Below are positions 35,067 through 41,838 of a stretch of DNA of 41,838 bases, one piece after another. The notes beneath the pieces are model-generated. The model had not been told where the DNA came from. It made no database searches and worked only from the letters and a program-made list of their open reading frames with translations. Positions within the stretch are counted from its first letter, which is position 1; each line of letters begins with the position of its first letter. The DNA is from Nitrososphaerales archaeon (lineage in GTDB: Archaea; Thermoproteota; Nitrososphaeria; Nitrososphaerales; Gagatemarchaeaceae). The DNA lies in NCBI GenBank assembly GCA_050015955.1, contig JBEKAG010000001.1, positions 1 through 41,838 on the forward strand, given 5' to 3'. A program made the translations under genes and the position numbers.

Positions 35067-35292
35067 GTCCGTCCGTCCAAGCAACGGTCGACCTTATCAC
35101 CTTGAAGAGTATCGCCATTCCGGCCAGGAACCCAACCGTCGAGAAGATTATTGCGAGGACGCTCTTCGAATACCTTGCCGCGTCCCCGACATGGTAGCCC
35201 AGACAGACACCCAGGAACACTAGAGGAGTGATCACCAATGCTGTAGCAAGAAACACGACAATCACGGCCTTTCTTCCCCTCGCTCGGCTCAA
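35056..35292 (-). CDS. small two-TM membrane protein (AtpZ/AtpI-like pattern is only a guess)
   Basis: 78 aa: KAVIVVFLATALVITPLVFLGVCLGYHVGD...SVLAIIFSTVGFLAGMAILFKVI. Downstream of nrdJ on the same strand. Confidence 0.5.
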   Translation of the reverse strand: MSRARGRKAVIVVFLATALVITPLVFLGVCLGYHVGDAARYSKSVLAIIFSTVGFLAGMAILFKVIRSTVAWTDGPRS

Positions 35293-35359
35293 CGTGCGAC
35301 CCAGCCTCGATAGCAGTAAAATTCGTTTGGAAGGGCCGGAGCGACCCGGCCCGTTACCC

Positions 35360-37669
35360 CTATTCGCACTTGCTGTAGCCGCAGCTAGTGCACTTGTAGC
35401 AGCCGTTCTCGAATATCAGTGAGCTCTCATTGCAGTCAGGACACGTCCCTCCCTGCGCGACCTGTCTTGGGGCGGCAGGCTGCAACGGGACCTCCGACTC
35501 CTTCACAACGTGGTTGAGGGTCAGAAGCTCGAGCGCCTTGGCGATCGCGTCCGGAATCGAGAGCAGCTGCGTCCCTTCGTCCCACGAAACGTACTTGCCC
35601 TTGATTCCCTTCAGGGTAGATATGGCGCTCTCCGCGTCTCCTCCGTGCTGAAGGTAGAGGCTGATCAGTCTCCCCAAGGCCTCGGCGTCGGCCTTCTCGT
35701 CCCCGCCTGACTTGCCAAGGGTCACGAAGACCTCTTTCAGCTCGCCGTTGACTAGGTTGGCCGTAAGATACAGGCCTCCTTGCGGGAGGTTCAGCTTGAG
35801 GGTCCTGCCTTCCATCATCCTCGGCCTATCGAAGGGGGCTTTCGGCTGCTCGGCCTTCTTGACCATCTTGGCCGTCTCCAGAATCCCCTCCCTGCTTCCC
35901 TCCCTGTAGACTGTGATGCCCTTGCATCCCATCTTCCAGGCGAGGAGGTAAATCTCCTCGACTTTTTCTGGGGTCGTTTCCTGAGACAGGTTGACGGTGC
36001 TGGAGATGGCCGTGTCGATATGTTTCTGGATGGTCGCCTGCATCTTCACCCTCATCTCAGGCTTGATTTGGTGCGAGGTTACGAAGTAGCTGGGCAACTG
36101 TCCCTCGTTCTTCGCGCCGGTCCGAACCATGTACTCCCTGACGAGCGGATGGAACACCTTGAACTCGCTTTCGCTGAGAGACTTAGTCCTTCTCGTGTAG
36201 TGGAGGGCGAAGACCGGCTCTATCCCACTGGAGCAACCCGCGAGTATCGAGCCCGAACCCACCGGCGGGATTGTCGTTATTGCGGCGTTCCTGATGCCTT
36301 GGGCCCGGATCTTTTCTTTGACCTTCTCGTCCAGCCTCGAGGTGAATGGCTGGTCTAGGTGGCGTTCGGCGTTAAAAGCCGGGAAGCTCCCCTTCTCCTT
36401 GGCGAGGTCGGTGGAGTAATCGTAAATCAGATTCTTGATCCTCTCGAACAGGTGATCCACGAACCCAATAGTCGAGTCCTCATCATACTTCAGGCCGAGC
36501 TTGATCAGCATGTCGCCCAATCCTGTGATGCCGACTCCGATCCTTCTGCTGCGAAGCGATGCGTCCTTCTGTTGGTAGAGCGGGTGTCGTTCTGTGTTGT
36601 AGTCGAGGACGTTGTCAAGGAACCTCACGGCGAATTGGGTCGCCTTTGTGAGCGATTCCCAGTCAATACTAGCCCTTTCCGTAAAAGGCTCTTGGACGAA
36701 GGCGCTGAGGTTGACAGAGCCCAGGCAACAGCACCCGTAGTTCTCTAGTGTCTGTTCGCTGCAGGGGTTGACTCCCTGCACCTCCATGCCACCGTACTCA
36801 GTCGTCGACTCCCTCTTTATGGTGTCCCAAAAGAGAACCCCAGGCTCAGCCGACTCCCACGCGCCCCTGATGAGCGACTTCCAGACGTCCCTAGCCATGA
36901 CGGTCCTGTTGATTTCCGCTTTCTCGTTCTTGAAGTGAAGCAGGAAGTCTCCGTCGCTTTCTACGGCTCTCATAAAGTCGTCAGTAATCTTAACAGAGAT
37001 GTTGGCGTAGTTTACCTTCTTTAGGTCCTTCTTGACGTTGATGAAATCCATCACGTCAGGGTGGTCAACTCTCATCGTGATTATGAGCGCGCCCCTCCTT
37101 CCTGCTTGACCAATCGTCCCTGTCGTAGTCGAGAGGAGCTCCATGAACGAGACCGAACCAGAACTGTAGATTGCCGAGTTGTTGACCGGGGCTCCCCTGG
37201 GCCTCAGCACCGAGATGTCTGTGCCGACTCCTCCACCAAAACTGTAAGTCCTCGCCGCCTCCTTGCACCAATCGAATATCGCTTCAATCGAGTCCTCCCT
37301 TATCCTGAAAAAGTAGCAGTTCAATAGAGTCGACCTCCTCGTCTGTCCAGCCCCGAAGAGAATTCTTCCTCCCGGGACGAACTTATAGTCCTGAAGCAAC
37401 CAGTGGAACTTCGCGGTCCATTCCTGCCTCTTTTCCTCGTCCCTCTCTGGCGAGGCGAGTTCCTTCGCCACTCTGCGCCACATGTCATCCGGGACCTTCT
37501 CTACCTGCCTTCCCTGCTCGTCTCTCAATGCGTACTTTTCATAGAAGACCCTGGCGCGCAGTTCATCTCCTCCGAACGCGGCGAGGGTCTCTGAGGGGAT
37601 CTTCAGTTCTCTCTTGTCATGCTCTCCGACATTCGGAGAGTCACGTGGCTCTTCTACTATTGACGTCAT
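35360..37669 (-). CDS. nrdJ: adenosylcobalamin-dependent (class II) ribonucleotide reductase
   Basis: Class II RNR blocks (FYEKYALRDEQG, TLLNCYF, PCSEQTLENYGCCCLGSVNL, GIGITGLGD, SSGIEPVF) and a C-terminal Cys ribbon CPDCNESSLIFENGCYKCTSCGYSKCE. Start moved to M69 (ATG 37669) of the track ORF, which removes the overlap with the upstream gene. Confidence 0.9.
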   Translation of the reverse strand: MTSIVEEPRDSPNVGEHDKRELKIPSETLAAFGGDELRARVFYEKYALRDEQGRQVEKVPDDMWRRVAKELASPERDEEKRQEWTAKFHWLLQDYKFVPGGRILFGAGQTRRSTLLNCYFFRIREDSIEAIFDWCKEAARTYSFGGGVGTDISVLRPRGAPVNNSAIYSSGSVSFMELLSTTTGTIGQAGRRGALIITMRVDHPDVMDFINVKKDLKKVNYANISVKITDDFMRAVESDGDFLLHFKNEKAEINRTVMARDVWKSLIRGAWESAEPGVLFWDTIKRESTTEYGGMEVQGVNPCSEQTLENYGCCCLGSVNLSAFVQEPFTERASIDWESLTKATQFAVRFLDNVLDYNTERHPLYQQKDASLRSRRIGVGITGLGDMLIKLGLKYDEDSTIGFVDHLFERIKNLIYDYSTDLAKEKGSFPAFNAERHLDQPFTSRLDEKVKEKIRAQGIRNAAITTIPPVGSGSILAGCSSGIEPVFALHYTRRTKSLSESEFKVFHPLVREYMVRTGAKNEGQLPSYFVTSHQIKPEMRVKMQATIQKHIDTAISSTVNLSQETTPEKVEEIYLLAWKMGCKGITVYREGSREGILETAKMVKKAEQPKAPFDRPRMMEGRTLKLNLPQGGLYLTANLVNGELKEVFVTLGKSGGDEKADAEALGRLISLYLQHGGDAESAISTLKGIKGKYVSWDEGTQLLSIPDAIAKALELLTLNHVVKESEVPLQPAAPRQVAQGGTCPDCNESSLIFENGCYKCTSCGYSKCE

Positions 37670-37694
37670 AACCTTAGCTCCAACCCTATTTCCT

Positions 37695-37710
37695 GCGATA
37701 TATATCTCGC
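37695..37710 (-). promoter_or_regulatory. (TA)4-containing near-palindrome GCGAGATATATATCGC, 30-36 nt before the nrdJ ATG (TATA box and/or operator)
   Basis: Read directly on the minus strand. The spacing matches the other TATA-like boxes in the window. Confidence 0.4.
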
Positions 37711-37821
37711 TCTTGCTGACTCGCAGTTGACAACCACGAGAGGTCCGGTCCGAGGTCTCGACGACATGAAGCGATTTGCGGTGGATTTTTCTTGACAGGA
37801 TGTCTACTTCGTTCACTCGGG

Positions 37822-39927
37822 CTAGACGGCCGTCGAATACTGAATCGTGGCCACTGATTTGCATCTTCTGCATCGGGCCGCGTTCTGCGGCAACTTGGCA
37901 CCGCAGTTCCTGCAGACCAATATGGTCCTGTCGACCTTGAAGTACGGTAGCTTGGGTGTTGCATTCAGAATCGGGTTGTAGACGCCTCTGACCTCTTCCG
38001 CGTTTCCGTCGAGTGTTACGGAGAGCCCGCCGTGGAGGCCAGCTGCCAGCTTGGCCATGTAGTTCATCTTCTCAGGGCTTTCTAGGTCCGCCAGGAGCAA
38101 CCTAGGGGCCTGGGTGTAAGCACCTTTCTGCAGTGGCTGGAGATTCGCTTTCCCGTATTTCTCGGAGTCGAGTGTTGCCAGTCTGAGAGCACCGTCGAGT
38201 TCAAGGATAGCAACGCCCAGCCGGTCTATTCTGGTCGACTTGTCGTTGGCGACCTGACTTGCCGTTTCCACTATCTTCTCGGCGAGCTCGGACCGCGAGC
38301 CCATGGTCGGGTCTCTGATCAGGCTAGCTAGGGTCTCCTCGAGACCGACTAAGTTCATGATTAGCGGCATCGTGTCCGAAGTCACAGCGTCCGACCCAGA
38401 CGCGAGAGACGGCAAAAGGCCCCGTTTCATGGTTCTCTCAATGAGTCTTCTCCTTGTCGAGAGCGCATCAGATGCGACGCCGATTAGCAGAGCTAGTTTC
38501 GCGCGGAAGTATGTTTCGTCCTGGTTGGAATCGTATGCTAACCTGGGGAGGTTTAGGCTCAACCCATGGAGTACACTGATGTTGTCCGCCTGCGACTCCT
38601 GTGGAAGGACATTTGCATCTAAACCTAGGAAGCTCCTCCTCTGATCCGATGAGAAGAATGCTATCCTGCCCCCGTTGAATATGATAGAAGCTGCGTCCTT
38701 GAGCGTCTTCGTCTCGTCGACCCTGTTCGGCTTGGCCAGCAGCAGCCTGATGTCGGGCCGGGGCGTCTCCTCCACGAAACTCCTGTATGCCCCGAGCACG
38801 GCGTCGAGAGTTCTGTCGAGGACATCCCTGCCCAAGTCGTCGTGCCTGTACGGGTTCAGCTCAAGGCTGATTGCAGGACCCTGGGCTCCCGCGATGGGGG
38901 AGCTTGCAGCTTCGAAGAACCTCAGGAAGAGTGACTCCATTTCTCTCTTCCCACGCGACTTGCAGAAAGGTCCTAGGTATTGCAGGAAGTTCCTGAAAGT
39001 GACTTCGTCGGATACCTCTTTGCAGAGCATCGATGTCATATTGAGCACGATGTTGAGGGCCCTCTCCGCATTCTCTGGGCTCGGAATCATCGGCATGTTG
39101 AGAATCCTTCCTCGCGGGTTCATCCCTCCGTTCCTTACTGACAACAAGTCGACGAAGACTGTGTCGGGGGTCAGCCCCCAAGTCCCGGCATTGGCGATGT
39201 GAATGTCGCCCGAAAGGTGAGCATCGGCGACGTCTCTGGGAAGCTGCTCCAACAGGAGGTACTCCGAGAAGACCTGCTTTCCGGTCTGATGCACAAGCGA
39301 CTCCACGTTCCCCCCGTCGTCGCCGGCCTTCCCCAAAAGCTGGGTCACGTCATAGATTGGCATGCCAAGCCTCGTCAGCTTGTGCCTGTACTCCTCCATA
39401 CTGTGCTCGACCAGGAGTGCGTTGACTATCTCTCGGATCAGAGGGGCGGTCAGGTACTGCGTCTGGAACTTGTAGAGTCTCGATTCAGTCTCGCTGGTTA
39501 TCTTCTGCGCCAGCTCGACCGGCATCCCCGCCTCCTTCACGAGGGATTGCAGAATCTTGTTCGCGTTGAACTCCTCCATCGTTTGGTGGGAGGTTCTCAC
39601 GTACAACTTCCCGCTTTCGACGAGCGACTGTTCCTCGATTTGACGTGTGAGGTTGAGGACGAGTCTGCCTAGGTTTGTAACAGTGTACTTCCTCTCCTGT
39701 CTGTTAAGCTGAATGAGGAGCTGCTTGACGAGCTTCCTGAGATGGTATGCAAACTTACCTGATTCCTTCTTCGACTTAAAACCGGCCAGAGTCTTCAGGG
39801 CGCTGTAGGTCAGAGGCCCCTTGATGTTCAGAATCCTCAGTATCTCCAGTCTTTGGGGAGATGCAATTACGCTGTAGATCGTCTTAACCCTTCTGGGAGC
39901 TGCCTGCAAATCTGGTCGGAAGGTCAT
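37822..39927 (-). CDS. ArsR-type wHTH + ATP-cone + class III RNR (NrdD)-like domain lacking the radical residues (predicted pseudoenzyme or regulator)
   Basis: 701 aa. The wHTH is SPQRLEILRILNIKGPLTYSALKTLAG..FAYHLRKLVKQLLI. The ATP-cone-like part is KLYVRTSHQTMEEFNANKI...IREIVNALLVEH. NrdD blocks are LPRDVADAHLSGDIHI and LSLNLPRLA. The ribbon is CRNCG-x10-CRRC. DQRRSFLG replaces the GCRSFLG thiyl-Cys block, and the C-terminus KSVATIQYSTAV has no Gly. Confidence 0.85.
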   Translation of the reverse strand: MTFRPDLQAAPRRVKTIYSVIASPQRLEILRILNIKGPLTYSALKTLAGFKSKKESGKFAYHLRKLVKQLLIQLNRQERKYTVTNLGRLVLNLTRQIEEQSLVESGKLYVRTSHQTMEEFNANKILQSLVKEAGMPVELAQKITSETESRLYKFQTQYLTAPLIREIVNALLVEHSMEEYRHKLTRLGMPIYDVTQLLGKAGDDGGNVESLVHQTGKQVFSEYLLLEQLPRDVADAHLSGDIHIANAGTWGLTPDTVFVDLLSVRNGGMNPRGRILNMPMIPSPENAERALNIVLNMTSMLCKEVSDEVTFRNFLQYLGPFCKSRGKREMESLFLRFFEAASSPIAGAQGPAISLELNPYRHDDLGRDVLDRTLDAVLGAYRSFVEETPRPDIRLLLAKPNRVDETKTLKDAASIIFNGGRIAFFSSDQRRSFLGLDANVLPQESQADNISVLHGLSLNLPRLAYDSNQDETYFRAKLALLIGVASDALSTRRRLIERTMKRGLLPSLASGSDAVTSDTMPLIMNLVGLEETLASLIRDPTMGSRSELAEKIVETASQVANDKSTRIDRLGVAILELDGALRLATLDSEKYGKANLQPLQKGAYTQAPRLLLADLESPEKMNYMAKLAAGLHGGLSVTLDGNAEEVRGVYNPILNATPKLPYFKVDRTILVCRNCGAKLPQNAARCRRCKSVATIQYSTAV

Positions 39928-39950
39928 TGTCGATTGTATATATGTATGCG

Positions 39951-39965
39951 TTGACCATTAGTCAA
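39951..39965. promoter_or_regulatory. perfect palindrome TTGAC-CATTA-GTCAA, 24-38 nt upstream of the wHTH-NrdD-like gene (candidate auto-operator)
   Basis: Read directly. It occupies the position where a TATA/BRE would be expected and is followed by an ATATATA stretch (39936-39945). Confidence 0.35.
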
Positions 39966-40020
39966 AACAAATTCGCTTACGCGTCGGCGGCGCCGGAATA
40001 GAACATTCCAGACTTAGCAG

Positions 40021-40131
40021 TGGGGTCGCCCGGATTTGAACCGGGGATCTTCAGCGCCCAAGGCTGAAAGCCTAGACCAGACTAGCCCCTTGATTGCGAA
40101 AGACAAGACTCAAGGTCTAGCCGACGACCCC
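40021..40131 (-). tRNA. tRNA-Pro (anticodon UGG) with a 35-nt non-canonical intron in the D-loop
   Basis: Folded by hand. Acceptor GGGGUCG/CGACCCC is perfect. T arm is CCCGG-UUCAAAU-CCGGG. Anticodon arm is UCAGC-CUUGGGC-GCUGA (UGG, G37). The D arm works only after removal of about 40082-40118. The intron forms helix CCUUGA/UCAAGG flanked by two AG(A/U) 3-nt bulges separated by a 4-bp helix (BHB-like). No encoded CCA. Confidence 0.8.
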
Positions 40132-40155
40132 ACGAATTCGGCATCCTCGCTTGCC

Positions 40156-40761
40156 TTAGTTATGGGTTGTGTGGAGGGTTGATGGTCTTGCCTTCGAGAT
40201 GAATCTATTCCCTTTGACGAAGAACCTCCACCTGAACGCAACTCCTCGACGTATCCCCACCCTTGAGCTCGAGTCAGTCTCTTCCACCTTTTTCCCCTCC
40301 TCCACGAAGAGCCTGTCAGATGTGACTAGGTCCTCCCCGTTCAGGGTGGAGTCTATCCCAAGCGCCTGAGTTAGCTTCCCTGGCCCGTCCGTAACATGTT
40401 CATCTGACTCTAGATCCCTGTTCCTCAGCATCTGTTCTAGGCCCTCGATCGGCTCGATTGCCCTGACCAGGACGGCTCCAGCTCTGCCGGCGGGTTCCGT
40501 GGTCAGATTGAGGCACCAGTGAAACCCGTAAGAGAAATACACGTAGGCATGCCCTCCCTCGCCGAACATCACGGCGTTTCGCTTTGTCCTTCCGCCGTAT
40601 GCGTGGCTAGCGGGGTCTCGAGCCCCTCTGTAGGCCTCAGTCTCCACAATCGTCCCCGAGAGCCTCTCGCCGTCTACGACGCGCACAAGAACCGTTCCCA
40701 GAAGGGCTCTGGCGACACTCGGCGTGTATTTGTCGAAGAACCGCCGGGTCAGCTTTGTCAT
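40156..40761 (-). CDS. mpg: DNA-3-methyladenine glycosylase (Mpg/AAG family)
   Basis: 201 aa. LLGTVLVRVVDGERLSGTIVETEAYRGARDPASHAYGGRTKRNAVMFGEGGHAYVYFSYGFHWCLN is the AAG-family core. Confidence 0.85.
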   Translation of the reverse strand: MTKLTRRFFDKYTPSVARALLGTVLVRVVDGERLSGTIVETEAYRGARDPASHAYGGRTKRNAVMFGEGGHAYVYFSYGFHWCLNLTTEPAGRAGAVLVRAIEPIEGLEQMLRNRDLESDEHVTDGPGKLTQALGIDSTLNGEDLVTSDRLFVEEGKKVEETDSSSRVGIRRGVAFRWRFFVKGNRFISKARPSTLHTTHN

Positions 40762-40773
40762 CGTCTATGAGGC

Positions 40774-41838
40774 CTACCCCTTCGTCTTCACATTTCTGAA
40801 GTTGGCGTAGAGCAGCGTGATTCCGGCTACGTAGAAGGCCACCGCCCCCAGCCACGGGACGTCGTACAGAAAGTGGTTCCCCGTCCTGTATCCGGTCGCA
40901 AGTATGAAACCTCCGAGGATCGTGCTAAGGCTGTTTGGAAGCCTCCACACTATCGCCGAAATCGCGCTGGCCAGCCCCCTCCTGCCCGGATGTATGATCC
41001 CCATCAGGTACGAGTCCATGAGCGGAGAGGCCATGTTCATGAGTGAAGCTCGGATGATGTAGACCCCTCCGGCGATGAACAGATTGGGAATGAAAGCCAT
41101 ACTGAACATGAACACGGTGGAGCTCCCGGCTGTCATCAGGATTGCCTTGAAGAGCCCGAACCGCTTCGACAGCCTCGAACTCCCCACGGCTGCAAAGGCG
41201 ATTGTCATTCCTGATAGGGCGAGGTACGGCCCGCTGAACGTGTTTGAGACAGAGAACTTGTAAAGGAGCCAGGTCGCCATGAGCGGCATTATCAGGCCCG
41301 CGCCCAACCCGATGAGACCATTCATGCCAGAGAACTTCAGAAGCAGCCTCATGTCGCCTCTGTCCTTGGTCTCTTCCTCCTCCTTCGGTTTCTCGTGGTA
41401 GTTCCTGAGGAGCGCCCACAACACGGGGGGTACGAAGATGCTTGCTATCCCAACGAGAAGAAGGGCCCCGGAATGGACTTGGGCTGGGCTCATGCCCCAG
41501 GCGCCTTCAAGCAGAGGCATCACCAGTGGGAGCGCCAGACCGGCAGAGATGCCCACATTACTCACTATGAAAGAAAGGGAGAACGCCGCGTCTCTGTTGC
41601 TTGGGTCGGTCTGGTCGGCAATGATGGCGTTCCATGAAGAGAGGGACGCTGCCTCGCCTAGTCCTGCTAATAGGGCGGCGACGAGAAAGAGTGAAAAGTC
41701 ATTGGTGAGGGCGAAGATGAACATCATTGGCGGCAAGAGCAGGTTCCCAACAATCAGGAACCACTTTCTTTCTCGCTTGTCTGACAGAATCCCCAACGGG
41801 ATTCCTGCTGCAATCATAACAAGGCTCTCTATGCCGAA
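40774..41838 (-). CDS. MFS transporter, partial (N-terminus beyond the right edge)
   Basis: Multiple TM segments. The track ORF begins at the loop 2-3 motif region (GILSDKRERKW), and the frame stays open to the window edge, so the true start is outside. Confidence 0.8.
   Translation of the reverse strand, partial: FGIESLVMIAAGIPLGILSDKRERKWFLIVGNLLLPPMMFIFALTNDFSLFLVAALLAGLGEAASLSSWNAIIADQTDPSNRDAAFSLSFIVSNVGISAGLALPLVMPLLEGAWGMSPAQVHSGALLLVGIASIFVPPVLWALLRNYHEKPKEEEETKDRGDMRLLLKFSGMNGLIGLGAGLIMPLMATWLLYKFSVSNTFSGPYLALSGMTIAFAAVGSSRLSKRFGLFKAILMTAGSSTVFMFSMAFIPNLFIAGGVYIIRASLMNMASPLMDSYLMGIIHPGRRGLASAISAIVWRLPNSLSTILGGFILATGYRTGNHFLYDVPWLGAVAFYVAGITLLYANFRNVKTKG

Noticed and set aside
1-41838. 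CRISPR arrays, rRNA genes, prophage or defence islands
   Set aside because: I saw no array of regularly spaced direct repeats, no rRNA-like conserved blocks, and no cluster of nuclease, helicase or methylase genes suggestive of a defence system. The only mobile-element trace is the decayed transposase at 483-974.

Overview
This is an archaeal chromosomal segment, GC-rich with many GTG/TTG starts. The archaeal assignment rests on an A-type ATP synthase, TFE, NAC, TiaS, aTrm56, Tsr3, Nre, an archaeal-type RNase P RNA and a tRNA with a bulge-helix-bulge intron. Most of the window is housekeeping: an LLM oxidoreductase, AlaX, Nre, an Lrp regulator with an ABC-2 exporter, Mre11-Rad50, a Pat-like acyl-CoA synthetase/GNAT fusion, Tsr3, TiaS, Met/Thr biosynthesis enzymes, an aldehyde dehydrogenase, an HflX-Trm56-TFE-HD cluster, NAC, ArgF, atpHFE/ABD, class II RNR, Mpg and an MFS transporter. 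Three RNA or mobile features are not visible in the ORF track: RNase P RNA (minus strand, about 15070-15370), tRNA-Pro(UGG) with a 35-nt D-loop intron, and a decayed DDE transposase. The most unusual item is a 701-aa protein just upstream of the class II RNR. It fuses an ArsR-type wHTH, an ATP-cone and a class III RNR (NrdD) body that has lost its radical Cys and Gly residues, so it is a candidate nucleotide-sensing regulator built from an enzyme scaffold. Other observations are alternating (GC)n tracts found almost only in non-coding DNA, two of them in a conserved module 11 nt before start codons; ACGCGT-core palindromes next to start codons; several sub-60-aa Cys-rich ORFs; and a roughly 700-nt gene-poor, structured interval at 21568-22266. 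All family assignments come from reading motifs by eye and from memory. No searches were run.
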